From Candidatus Levyibacteriota bacterium (GTDB lineage: Bacteria; Patescibacteriota; Microgenomatia; Levybacterales; UBA12049), in assembly GCA_041906785.1 (NCBI GenBank), contig JAYRIM010000023.1, forward strand, positions 19 through 64,018: a DNA stretch of 64,000 nt, read 5' to 3'. The notes under the pieces were generated by a model. The model did no database searches, was not told the DNA's origin, and saw only the letters and a program-made list of their open reading frames with translations. The stretch's first letter is position 1; every line of letters begins with the position of its first letter. Position numbers and translations under genes: made by a program. Below are positions 9,868 to 19,606 of the stretch, in pieces.

Positions 9868-10874
9868 TATGATAATTTCCTGAGTTCTTCTTCGATAAAC
9901 ACATCAAGATTTCCATCAAGAACATCATCAGGATTGGAAGATTCAACATCTGTTCGGAGATCTTTTACCATTTTATATGGGTGAAGTACATATGAACGAA
10001 TTTGATTCCCCCATCCAGGTGTTTTATATCCTCCTTTTAATGCAGCTTCTTCTTTTTTCCGTTCTTCTTCCTTAAGCGCCCAGAGTTTCGCCCGAAGCAT
10101 CTTCATCGCATATTCTCGATTTTGTGCTTGATATCGCTGGGTTTGCGCTGTTACAACAATACCTGTTGGTTTATGTTTTAACCTAACTGCTGTTGAGACC
10201 TTATTAACGTTTTGTCCACCATGTCCTCCTGAACGAAACGCTTCAAATTCGATGTCATCATCTTTAAGTTCAAGGTCAGAATTATTTTCTATCTGAGGCA
10301 TAACTTCGACTAATGCGAACGATGTTTGTCGAAGTTTATCCGCATTAAATGGTGATTGGCGGACAAGTCTATGCACTCCTGCTTCATGTTTTAAATATCC
10401 ATAGGCATGTAAACCAGTGACAGACAAGGTTATACTTTTAATACCCGCTTCATCTCCAGGTGTTTCGTCAATCGTTTCAAACGCCCACCCTTTCTTTTCA
10501 AAATAGCGTGTGTACATACGAAATAACATTTCAGTCCAATCCATAGCTTCTGTACCTCCCTGTCCAGCATGGATAGCAAGCAATGCGTTCGATTTATCAT
10601 GAAGCCCAGAAAAGAATAGAAGGAGTTCCAATTTTCTAATCAGCTGTTCTGCTTCTGAAGTTTCACCTTCTTCAAGCCACATTTGTAAAAGTTCAACCTC
10701 TTCAACTTCTTTCTGCAGCTGAGACATTTCTTTCATATGATCAGCAGCACGCTGGTGATCTAGCCAAAAATCAGGCTTCATACTTTCTGCTTCAATCTGA
10801 CGAATTTTTTTCTTTTTTTCATCAATATCGACTTTCTCAAAAATTTTTTTTGCTCGTTCTTGTATAGTTTCCAT
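9867..10874 (-). CDS. prfB: Peptide chain release factor 2
   Basis: GGQ motif ([12 protein letters not shown]) and RF2-specific SPF motif ([10 protein letters not shown]). Continuous ORF with no apparent programmed frameshift site. Confidence 0.85.
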   Translation of the reverse strand: METIQERAKKIFEKVDIDEKKKKIRQIEAESMKPDFWLDHQRAADHMKEMSQLQKEVEEVELLQMWLEEGETSEAEQLIRKLELLLFFSGLHDKSNALLAIHAGQGGTEAMDWTEMLFRMYTRYFEKKGWAFETIDETPGDEAGIKSITLSVTGLHAYGYLKHEAGVHRLVRQSPFNADKLRQTSFALVEVMPQIENNSDLELKDDDIEFEAFRSGGHGGQNVNKVSTAVRLKHKPTGIVVTAQTQRYQAQNREYAMKMLRAKLWALKEEERKKEEAALKGGYKTPGWGNQIRSYVLHPYKMVKDLRTDVESSNPDDVLDGNLDVFIEEELRKLS

Positions 10875-10876
10875 AG

Positions 10877-11209
10877 TTATTTTTTTAAAAGTGTATTTAT
10901 AGTGTCGACAATATATTCTTTCGCAGTATTCGCATCCCGAACAATCTTTACTGTCCTTCCTAGTCCTTGAATGACATCTGAAACTTTAATCTGCAGAACC
11001 TTCTGTTTTGCCTGTTCTGTATATTCACCTATATCTTCTTTTACTTTATCTTCAAAAGAAGTACGCGCACCGGCTACTGCTTTCGTCGAATGAAAAAACT
11101 GAGAAGTGATAACACCTCTGATAACTCCTGCATATTGTACCACGGAGTAAACAAGACAAAAAAATATAGTTAAAAGAAAAACTTTCCCGAAGAAAATAAA
11201 TTTGGACAT
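10877..11209 (-). CDS. Small hypothetical membrane protein
   Basis: 110 aa, one N-terminal TM. 2-nt gap to prfB suggests co-transcription. Confidence 0.4.
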   Translation of the reverse strand: MSKFIFFGKVFLLTIFFCLVYSVVQYAGVIRGVITSQFFHSTKAVAGARTSFEDKVKEDIGEYTEQAKQKVLQIKVSDVIQGLGRTVKIVRDANTAKEYIVDTINTLLKK

Positions 11210-11263
11210 GTACTATTACGATAGCAAATAAGATATGAGGAGTAAAACAAATATATTTTTTCT

Positions 11264-12340
11264 TTAGTCTTCCCTTCTTAATAATCCTAAATCAAAATTT
11301 TTTAAACGAATCTTAAATAGTGCTTTCTGTTCAATTTGCCGAACGCGTTCTCTTGTCAGTTTAAGAGTGTATCCCACTTCTTCTAAAGACAATGCTTGAC
11401 CGGTAAGTAAACCGAAACGTTTTTCAATTACGTCCTGCTCCTTCGGAGTTAGAAAAGATAATAATGCATCTAATTTAGCTCTTAGATCATTATGCGCTGA
11501 TAACTCATCTAGATCTTGATTTCCAGGATCAGCAACCACTTCTTGTCTAATAAGACTTTCATTATCTCCTACTTGTTCATCCAGGCTTACACTACCTTTT
11601 GCGATTCTTCCTAGCCTCTGCACTTTTGCAGCAGACATCTCTAATGCATCCGCTAGCTCGTAAACATCTGGATCTTTCCCTAATTCCTTTCGCAGTCTTT
11701 CTTCTTCTTTTATTAATCTTTTCACTTCATCATTAGCGTGTACTGGAATCTTAACTGCTCTTCCTTGAGAACTAATAGCTCTATCCACACCCTGCCGAAT
11801 CCACCAAGTCGCATAAGTAGAAAATCTAAAACCTCTTCTATAGTCAAACCGTTCAACTGCCTGCATTAAACCTAAATTTCCTTCCTGAATAAGATCTGGA
11901 AAAGGAACACCTTGTCCTATCTTACGTTTAGCGATTGATATGACAAGCCGTGTATTCGATTCTGTGAATCCTGCTCTTGCACGATCTGCAGCTTCAATAT
12001 CCCTAACCAACGCTCGTTCCTCATCGGGTTGTAAATTACCTGTTGAGAGTCTTTCAGCAGCAACCCTACCTGCTTCAATAGCTTTTGCATATTCGATCTC
12101 TTCTTCTGGCTTTAATTGTCTAAAATTGCCAACATCTCTAAAATATAATTTAATTAAATCATCCGCTTCAATGTTGTTTGCTTCTGGAGGTGTTTCTTCA
12201 ATGTTTTTTAGTTCAATTTTAGATGATCCTTCAGCAATACTATTATCCTCGTCAGACTTTAAACCATTAGACATATCTATTTGTCTTCCTGTTTTAGATC
12301 CCTCATCAAGACGATGTCCGTGACCTCTTCTCTCTTGCAT
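11264..12340 (-). CDS. rpoD: RNA polymerase primary sigma factor (sigma-70 family)
   Basis: Regions 2-4: LIQEGNLGLMQAVERFDYRRGFRFSTYATWWIRQ. Promoter-like TTGCTT-N17-TATAAT ending 8 nt before the ATG. Confidence 0.85.
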   Translation of the reverse strand: MQERRGHGHRLDEGSKTGRQIDMSNGLKSDEDNSIAEGSSKIELKNIEETPPEANNIEADDLIKLYFRDVGNFRQLKPEEEIEYAKAIEAGRVAAERLSTGNLQPDEERALVRDIEAADRARAGFTESNTRLVISIAKRKIGQGVPFPDLIQEGNLGLMQAVERFDYRRGFRFSTYATWWIRQGVDRAISSQGRAVKIPVHANDEVKRLIKEEERLRKELGKDPDVYELADALEMSAAKVQRLGRIAKGSVSLDEQVGDNESLIRQEVVADPGNQDLDELSAHNDLRAKLDALLSFLTPKEQDVIEKRFGLLTGQALSLEEVGYTLKLTRERVRQIEQKALFKIRLKNFDLGLLRRED

Positions 12341-12384
12341 AAACGAGTATTATAGGACATGATTTTGCAAAAAGCAACCTTTGC

Positions 12385-13386
12385 TTACTTAATTGTATTT
12401 ATCGGGGATTGCTGAAGAAATTGAGTGATATTCTCAGCAGTGATTTTCAAAATGGTATGTAGGGCTTCTTCGCTATTGAACGCATTATGCGGCGTAATAA
12501 GGACATTTTCTTTTTGTATTAATACATGATTGTATAACTGTGTACGTAAATCACATTCCTGAATAAATGATCCTGATAATAACTGCCGTTCCTCTTTAAT
12601 ACCACATTCCTCTTCTAAAACATCTAAACCGACAGCCTTTAAGATTCCTTGCTCTAAACCAATCAGAATCGCTTCTGTTTCTATCAATCCCCCCCTGGCT
12701 GTATTAATCAAAATACTTCCGTTTTTAAATTTCTGTATGTTTTTTTTATTAATCAGATGATGTGTTTCTTTCGTGTATGGAACGTGTATACTCACCACAT
12801 CAGCAACTGCGAGCAATTCATTCAGATTAAGAAAAGTTATACCTAGTTTCTTCGCTAGATCTTCATCTGGATGACGAGTAAATGCGATAACATGCATTCC
12901 AAATCCTTTTGCTATTTTAATTACTTCAGTACCTATATGACCAACTCCAATAATACCCAATGTTTTCTCGTGAAGATCAAAACCTCGTAGCCCATCGAGT
13001 TCGAAATTTCCCCTTCTAGTTCTTTCAATAGCAGGTACTAATTTTCGGGATAAGGCAAGAAGCAAAGCAAAAGTATGTTCAGCAACTGTATTCGATCCAT
13101 ATGTTGGAATATTACAAACAGTTATACCTTTCTCTTTACAATATGAGACATCAATATGGTCATAACCTGTAGAGCGGGTAACAATGAGTTTCAATTTTGG
13201 CATTTTTTCCAGAAGTGAAGCTGTCAATTCTGAGTAAATAAATACAGATAAAACATCGACATCCTGCAAGTGTACAATATCACTCTCTTCAATATGCTTT
13301 TTATCGAAAGATAGTGAATGACCAAAAAAAGTTTTTTCTAAATAAGGGATTTCCCAATCTTCTATTTCATAAAATGCAATTTTCAT
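12385..13386 (-). CDS. D-isomer-specific 2-hydroxyacid dehydrogenase (D-lactate dehydrogenase-like). Likely start at the internal Met MKIAFYE; the ORF track extends to 13476.
   Basis: NAD-binding GIIGVGHIGTEVIKIAKGFG. Catalytic region TARGGLIETEA...GLDVLEEE. Confidence 0.7.
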   Translation of the reverse strand: MKIAFYEIEDWEIPYLEKTFFGHSLSFDKKHIEESDIVHLQDVDVLSVFIYSELTASLLEKMPKLKLIVTRSTGYDHIDVSYCKEKGITVCNIPTYGSNTVAEHTFALLLALSRKLVPAIERTRRGNFELDGLRGFDLHEKTLGIIGVGHIGTEVIKIAKGFGMHVIAFTRHPDEDLAKKLGITFLNLNELLAVADVVSIHVPYTKETHHLINKKNIQKFKNGSILINTARGGLIETEAILIGLEQGILKAVGLDVLEEECGIKEERQLLSGSFIQECDLRTQLYNHVLIQKENVLITPHNAFNSEEALHTILKITAENITQFLQQSPINTIK

Positions 13387-13555
13387 ATAATTAATATTAA
13401 CTAACAATGTTAAAATTGCAAATGATTCATTTAACAAGTCATCAAAGAGCGAGGTATAGAATTTTTTAGGTTTCACCCGAGCACCTTTGAATATTTTATA
13501 AGTCTCATAATGCGAGCTGAAAACAAAAAAATTCTATACTGAGCGAAAATTATAT

Positions 13556-14182
13556 TTATATTACAGAAATCTCCAAACTTTTCCATAAATACCGAGAAGC
13601 TATAGATCGATATGGATTCCATTTTTCCGAAATAGTTTCAATCTCTACTTTTGTAGGTTCTTTTGAAAAACCGTACAACTTCTGAATAGCTCTCCGTAAT
13701 CCTAGATCTCCATATGAAAATACATCAGGTCTTCCCATAGTAAAAATCAGAAACATTTCTGCTGTCCAGCAACCGACTCCTTTTATCTTCGTTAGTTCAA
13801 CAATAATCTCCTCATCAGACATGTTGGGAAATTGTTCGAATACTTTATCACTTGTTAATGCATACTCAGCAATATTTTTAATGTACGAAACTTTTGACCA
13901 TGACAATCCTGCATTTCTCATCTTCTGATGATCAAGAGCTATAATTGCTTCTGCAGTTAATTCCTCATTTGTCGTTAATGCTTTTAACCGGCCGAAAATA
14001 GTATCTGCAGCTTTAATTGATAATTGTTGCGATACCACAGACTCAACAAGTTCTACTAAATAATTTCTGGAGAAATGCCATTCTGGTTCAGGAATAGTAG
14101 CTGTAACTTTTCCTAATACCGGATCAGTTTTCTTAAAATGTTGAATCGCCTTTTTCTGCAAATTCTTTGTAATATATTCCAT
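13556..14182 (-). CDS. HhH-GPD superfamily DNA glycosylase (DNA-3-methyladenine glycosylase II / AlkA-like). Likely start at the internal Met; the ORF track extends to 14230.
   Basis: HhH motif LTKIKGVGCWTAEMFLIF followed by the catalytic Asp region SYGDLGLRRA. Confidence 0.65.
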   Translation of the reverse strand: MEYITKNLQKKAIQHFKKTDPVLGKVTATIPEPEWHFSRNYLVELVESVVSQQLSIKAADTIFGRLKALTTNEELTAEAIIALDHQKMRNAGLSWSKVSYIKNIAEYALTSDKVFEQFPNMSDEEIIVELTKIKGVGCWTAEMFLIFTMGRPDVFSYGDLGLRRAIQKLYGFSKEPTKVEIETISEKWNPYRSIASRYLWKSLEISVI

Positions 14183-14243
14183 GGTTGCATTATAGCAACT
14201 TATTCGTATATTCTTAAAAAGATAGTACAATAATTAACCTGCC

Positions 14244-15440
14244 ATGAAAAAATCGATATTATTTTCGAAAATCTCTCCATATCGAATTCTTCTTATTCTT
14301 TCACTTACTTTTCTTATCGGATTTATAGTTTTTCAATATATATCTATCGAACAGAAAAAACAAAGTATTTTTCTTTTATCGACCAATGAAAAAAAGTTAC
14401 AAGAACAAATTGCATCTCTCAGCGCCACTCTGAAAGCAGTTATATCTGAAGATCAATATGTAAAAAATAAAAACCAGGAAGAAGAAATAAAACATATTAA
14501 TCAAACATATAGAAAAACAGTAACAGTCTATGAAGATTTATTAAAACTAAAAGAATCAGGTGGTAATACTGAAAAACTTGATGCGCTTATTTCCCAATCA
14601 TTAACATATTTATCTGATAAAAATTACTCATCAGCAGAGGCAACATTAACAACACTAAGCGCAGCAATAAAAAAAGAACAAGATGCATTGGCTAAAAAAG
14701 CTTCAGAATTTAAAATACCAGCAAATGTCGCTGTCAATAATGCACCACCATCAAGTGGTTATAGCAGACAACAAGTACAAACAGAATTAGGAAATTTTCT
14801 TGTAGACATTATTTCTGCAGATTTAAGCTCCACGAAAGTTATTATCGATACAGCATCTGACAGTACATGTACAAATGACTGTCCTGTTCTATCGCTTGGT
14901 GATTATGTGAGTCGATCAGGCGCATATGCAGGTATAAACGGCTCTTATTTTTGCCCAGCGAGTTATCCAAGTTGTGCAGGAAAAACCAATTCTTTTGATA
15001 CGCTGCTCATGAATAAAAATAAAGTGTATTTTAATTCAGATAATAATGTTTATAGCACAGTTCCAGTTGCAGTCTTCGGTAATGGATGGGCACGGTTTAT
15101 CGGCAGATCATCAGATTGGGGACGGGATACGAGTATTGACGGGGTTATTGCAAATCAACCTTTGCTTGTGTCTGGAGGAAATATTGTTTTCACTGGTGAT
15201 GGCGATCCCAAAAAAGGGGGGAAAGGTTCTAGGAGTTTCGTGGCAAACAAAGGATCTACAGTGTATATCGGTGTAACCCAAAACGCAACTGTAGCTGAAA
15301 ATGCATATGTTATGAAAGCATTAGGGATGGATAATGCGCTGAATCTTGATAGCGGAGGATCTACTGCTTTATGGTCTGGAGGATATAAAGTTGGCCCCGG
15401 AAGAAATATACCAAATGCAGTTCTTTTCGTACGAAGATAA
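14244..15440 (+). CDS. Membrane-anchored coiled-coil protein with C-terminal phosphodiester glycosidase (NAGPA/DUF2233) domain
   Basis: N-terminal TM and coiled coil. C-terminal GINGSYF...GGN...NALNLDSGGSTALW resembling the phosphodiester glycosidase family. Confidence 0.55.
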   Translation: MKKSILFSKISPYRILLILSLTFLIGFIVFQYISIEQKKQSIFLLSTNEKKLQEQIASLSATLKAVISEDQYVKNKNQEEEIKHINQTYRKTVTVYEDLLKLKESGGNTEKLDALISQSLTYLSDKNYSSAEATLTTLSAAIKKEQDALAKKASEFKIPANVAVNNAPPSSGYSRQQVQTELGNFLVDIISADLSSTKVIIDTASDSTCTNDCPVLSLGDYVSRSGAYAGINGSYFCPASYPSCAGKTNSFDTLLMNKNKVYFNSDNNVYSTVPVAVFGNGWARFIGRSSDWGRDTSIDGVIANQPLLVSGGNIVFTGDGDPKKGGKGSRSFVANKGSTVYIGVTQNATVAENAYVMKALGMDNALNLDSGGSTALWSGGYKVGPGRNIPNAVLFVRR

Positions 15441-15537
15441 AACTAACGGAATTCTTACCTAGTTTAATTACTCTTTTTACACTAATCATTTAGCATTCTA
15501 CAATAAACTTCACAAAGAAAGGGGGTGAATTTTTATA

Positions 15538-16338
15538 ATGAAAAGACTATTAACGCTTGTCATTTTATTCGTGGCAACATTTCTTCTCACGACGACATCT
15601 CAAGCAGCTCCGACAACTTCTCCTGCACCGAATCCATCTGCATTCACGCTTGAACCATTCACTTTTTTAGGCGATGATGCATCATGCGACGTGCAAGCAT
15701 TATGGAGAAAAGGTGAAGGTCTGGGGACAAATAACGATCCTGATGAATATGCAATCTATCTGAAAAAAGGATGTACTACAGATACGATCGCATCTGCTGG
15801 TATTGACATTGTCTCATCTCTAGAAGGTGGTCCAATTACTGCACTGCAGGAATTGAATTTCTACTATCGTACAGATGGCCATTGTGGTGCAGGTGCTCCA
15901 CGATTTAATGTGGAGGTCAATGGTAATACCTATTTCCTTGGCTGTACATATGGAACTCATACACCTGTTGCAGGGGGATGGGAAAAAGTCGTTTTTGATG
16001 AGAATGACTTTGATACAGCAGGTATTCCCAATTCCGGAACATTAAATAACCTTTATATTATCTTTGATGAAGGGATAGACCAAGGTCAAGGGTTCGTTTA
16101 TCTAGATAATATCAGTATAAACGGTGATGAAGTTGGTGCACCAAGTAGTACACAATTAAAACAATTGTGTAAATTAGAAGGTTGGAAAGTATTTACAGAT
16201 CCAACATTCAAGAATCAAGGTGATTGCGTAAGCTATTTCCAGAGTAATCAACGTGCGAAAGGAAATAGAAAAAACAATCCTACGACGACAAAAGCACCAA
16301 GTTCCAGTCTCAGTCCTACAGTGACACCATCAATTTAG
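15538..16338 (+). CDS. Secreted hypothetical protein
   Basis: Clear signal peptide MKRLLTLVILFVATFLLTTTSQA. Strong SD AAAGGGGGTGA 8 nt upstream. No recognisable domain. Confidence 0.5.
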   Translation: MKRLLTLVILFVATFLLTTTSQAAPTTSPAPNPSAFTLEPFTFLGDDASCDVQALWRKGEGLGTNNDPDEYAIYLKKGCTTDTIASAGIDIVSSLEGGPITALQELNFYYRTDGHCGAGAPRFNVEVNGNTYFLGCTYGTHTPVAGGWEKVVFDENDFDTAGIPNSGTLNNLYIIFDEGIDQGQGFVYLDNISINGDEVGAPSSTQLKQLCKLEGWKVFTDPTFKNQGDCVSYFQSNQRAKGNRKNNPTTTKAPSSSLSPTVTPSI

Positions 16339-16364
16339 TCACTAAAAAAACTGAACACCAATAT

Positions 16365-16392
16365 AAACCTCGTTCAAGAGGTTTATATTGTG
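16365..16392 (+). terminator. Intrinsic terminator-like hairpin downstream of 15538-16338
   Basis: AAACCTC-GTTCAA-GAGGTTT stem-loop followed by a weak T-rich tract. Confidence 0.45.
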
Positions 16393-16435
16393 GCATAAAT
16401 CAATCATACGTCCCCATTCCTGTATAATACAAAAA

Positions 16436-17818
16436 ATGAAAATAAAGATTATAGGAACACTTCTACCCTTGTCTGCTTTAAATGCACCAAATAGATTCTC
16501 GGAAGGGCTAGTATTTCTTAATTGGCTTAAAAAAACTGGTCAACAAGCTTGGCAGCTTCTACCACTACACGAAACGCATTTAGAAAAAGATTCTCAAACT
16601 AAACATGTTTCTTCTCCATATAAAAGCTATGGAATAGGTTTAGATCCACAATATATGAGAATACATACTAAAGAAAAAATAGACAGAAAAGAATATCAAG
16701 AATTTAAAAGAAAAAATAATTTTTGGGTATTTGATTATGCATTTTTTTGTGCCCTACGAGACTTTTTAAGGACAGATAATTGGACTATGTGGCCAAAAGA
16801 AATTAGAGATAGAGAACCTGGAACCTTACACCATTGGAGTAGAAAATTGAGTACTGACATTAATCGCTTTATAGAACAACAATTTTTACTTAATAAACAA
16901 TTTAATACCTTAAGAAAAAGTGCAAAACAAAAAAATATTCTCTTAATTGGAGATCTATCATTTTATTTACCGCTTGAAAGTCCTCTCGTATGGATGAATC
17001 GGGAACTATTTAGAATAAATTCAGATGGTTCTTATTCTGTTGTTTCTGGAATTCAGAGAAGACCAGATAGTCCTTATGGACGTCAAGTCTGGGGACATCC
17101 AATATATAGCTGGGGAACTACTTCCTCTAACAAGGGTATAATTAAACTTTTCGACAAACGTTTGAGATATTTAGCAAGTTTGTTTGATATTGTTCGTTTA
17201 GACTCTGTTAACGCTTTTTTCCGTTACTCAATTATTGATATAGAAAACGAGAGAAATGATACTGTAGCAACTGGTCCAGGCAAAAAAGTATTCAATCGAA
17301 TTCTATCTGCCGCACAAAAATATAATCTTTCAGTTTTTGCTGAAGATGCAGGAGCAGAACTGAGTACCTTACGAAATATATTAAAACAAGAAAATATTCC
17401 TGGTATTAAAATATTCCGTTATTCATTTAATAATATATTGGGCATTTTTATAGATTATTATCTCAATCTAAAAAATTATCCAGTCAATAGCTTTGCGTAT
17501 ACCACCACACATGATACAGAAACTCTAATAGCTTGGCTTACTATCTTAACAAGAGAACAAAAACAATACATAGCAAGAAAATTGCATATACAATTTTCAG
17601 TAAACGATAGAACGTTCGCTCGAATTCTTCGGCAGAAAATTATTGACAGCCCTTCAAGAATAGTTATTATTCCTATGCAGGATTGGTTACTAACTACAGA
17701 TCGAATTAATATACCCGGCACGGAAAAAGAAATTAATGATACAAATTGGCAATACAAATTGGACATTCCTATTGAAGATCTACCGCTAGTTAATGTTTCT
17801 GAAGAGTTGATAGAGTAG
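16436..17818 (+). CDS. malQ: 4-alpha-glucanotransferase (amylomaltase, GH77). Start at ATG 16436; the track begins at an upstream TTG (16388).
   Basis: GH77 motifs: WQLLPL...SPYKS, LIGDLSFYLPLESPLVW, VRLDSVNAFF. TATAAT box 7 nt upstream of the ATG. Confidence 0.7.
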   Translation: MKIKIIGTLLPLSALNAPNRFSEGLVFLNWLKKTGQQAWQLLPLHETHLEKDSQTKHVSSPYKSYGIGLDPQYMRIHTKEKIDRKEYQEFKRKNNFWVFDYAFFCALRDFLRTDNWTMWPKEIRDREPGTLHHWSRKLSTDINRFIEQQFLLNKQFNTLRKSAKQKNILLIGDLSFYLPLESPLVWMNRELFRINSDGSYSVVSGIQRRPDSPYGRQVWGHPIYSWGTTSSNKGIIKLFDKRLRYLASLFDIVRLDSVNAFFRYSIIDIENERNDTVATGPGKKVFNRILSAAQKYNLSVFAEDAGAELSTLRNILKQENIPGIKIFRYSFNNILGIFIDYYLNLKNYPVNSFAYTTTHDTETLIAWLTILTREQKQYIARKLHIQFSVNDRTFARILRQKIIDSPSRIVIIPMQDWLLTTDRINIPGTEKEINDTNWQYKLDIPIEDLPLVNVSEELIE

Positions 17819-19553
17819 GTAAATACATTGAATCAAAATATTGCCACAGCATTCTGGTCGTACTGTAATCATTCAAAATCATATTTCGCGCATTTTTCAT
17901 ATTTTCAATCCACGCACCTGGAATTCCATCTTTATCTTTAAAATAATACATTGGGATTATTTGATGTTCTAATGTATTGAGAAGACTATCAGTAATAGAT
18001 TCATTATTCACTTCCCAACCTATTTGATAAAGATTTACTTCATGAACCCAACCATCTTTAGTTGTCAAGGGGAGACAACCATTAAGACATGCTTTCATTC
18101 CACTTGTACCGCACGCTTCAAAACCAACAACCGGTGTATTGAGCCATACATCGCAACCAGCCGTCAATATCTTCGCTTCTTTTAAGCTATAGTTAGGTAA
18201 GTAAACGACATACTTATCAAACTTTGTGACGATCATTCTCTGCAATTCCTCTAACATTTTTGCTCCTTCTATATCACTCTCATGTGCAGAACCTGCCATA
18301 ACTACTCGTAAAGGACGCTTTTCATCATTCAATAACCGTAATAATGCATCTTGGTTCTGAAATAATGAGAGTGGACGTTTATATGCTACTATTCTCCGAG
18401 CCCATCCGATCAGTAAATCATTCTCACTCCATGTTTGGCTTGTTTTTCGCTGGATAAGTTCCAATAGTTCTTTTTTATTTTCTTGGTGTTTCTGCCAGAA
18501 TGCTTTAGGATTCGCTGTCAAACCTTCTGATTGACTTATTGTTTCAATTTTTAACTTTTCATTTTTCATTTTTAATTCCATTTTATCCCACGTCCTTAAA
18601 TGTATACCATTTGTTACTGACAACATAGGATGATTTTTCCAAATTTCTTTTGCCTTCTCTGCATGTAATCTGCTGACAGCGTTTGTATGTGAAGACATTC
18701 GTAACGCAAGTGTAGTCATTGAGAAAATACTAGAATCATGGATTTGTCCAAATGAAAGAATATCGGTCAAAGGCACTTGTACTTCCCGAGCATAATCAGT
18801 AAGTAGTGCTGCAACCATATCCGTACTAAACATGTCATTTCCCGCTGCGATAAGGGTATGGTTTGTGAATACCATATGTTGTTTCGCACGTTCGATTTCT
18901 TCAAGAAAACCAGTATTATATTCATGCATTTCGTGATGAGCTATCTCCAATGCAAGTAATGCAGAGTGACCTTCATTCAAATGATAAATACTCGGATGAA
19001 CTTTTAATGCTTCCAACATTCGCAAACCACCAATACCTAACACCATCTCTTGCTTAAATCGAGTTTCTTTATCAACAATATATAAACGGTTTGTTATTTC
19101 TTTATCTTCATTCGTATTATCTGGTGTATTAGTATCAAGAAGAATAAGCTTTACTGTTTTACCTCGCTGCTTTTCCCAAGCTTCAATTTTTACTTGACGA
19201 CCATGTAAAGGAACCGTTACCGAAATAGGATGATTTTCTTCATTAACAACCTTTTTAAATCCTAATTCTTCAGGACTTCTTCGCATGGGGAATTTTAATA
19301 CAGTTCCTTCAGAATATAATTCATGATGAAGATATCCTTCGTGATAATACAAACCAACTGCAACAAAAGGAATCTCTTGATCTGCTGCCTCTTTCACTGT
19401 ATCACCTGCTAAAACTCCAAGTCCGCCAGCATATGTCGGCGACTCGTCTTCAAAAGCAAATTCAGCGCAGAAATAAGCAATTGGCCTCTCGAGTAACTGT
19501 TTATATTCATTTGTCTGACGGAAAGTTATAAATTGTTGATTATATTGGTTCAT
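17790..19553 (-). CDS. glgP: Alpha-glucan (glycogen/maltodextrin) phosphorylase, short GT35 form
   Basis: N-terminal YFCAEFAFEDESPTYAGGLGVLAGD. PLP-site region EACGTSGMKACLNG. Confidence 0.8.
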   Translation of the reverse strand: MNQYNQQFITFRQTNEYKQLLERPIAYFCAEFAFEDESPTYAGGLGVLAGDTVKEAADQEIPFVAVGLYYHEGYLHHELYSEGTVLKFPMRRSPEELGFKKVVNEENHPISVTVPLHGRQVKIEAWEKQRGKTVKLILLDTNTPDNTNEDKEITNRLYIVDKETRFKQEMVLGIGGLRMLEALKVHPSIYHLNEGHSALLALEIAHHEMHEYNTGFLEEIERAKQHMVFTNHTLIAAGNDMFSTDMVAALLTDYAREVQVPLTDILSFGQIHDSSIFSMTTLALRMSSHTNAVSRLHAEKAKEIWKNHPMLSVTNGIHLRTWDKMELKMKNEKLKIETISQSEGLTANPKAFWQKHQENKKELLELIQRKTSQTWSENDLLIGWARRIVAYKRPLSLFQNQDALLRLLNDEKRPLRVVMAGSAHESDIEGAKMLEELQRMIVTKFDKYVVYLPNYSLKEAKILTAGCDVWLNTPVVGFEACGTSGMKACLNGCLPLTTKDGWVHEVNLYQIGWEVNNESITDSLLNTLEHQIIPMYYFKDKDGIPGAWIENMKNARNMILNDYSTTRMLWQYFDSMYLPTLSTLQKH

Positions 19554-19606
19554 CTTATGACATTATAAAGTATAAACATCTACAATTTAATAAACAATCA
19601 GATATA

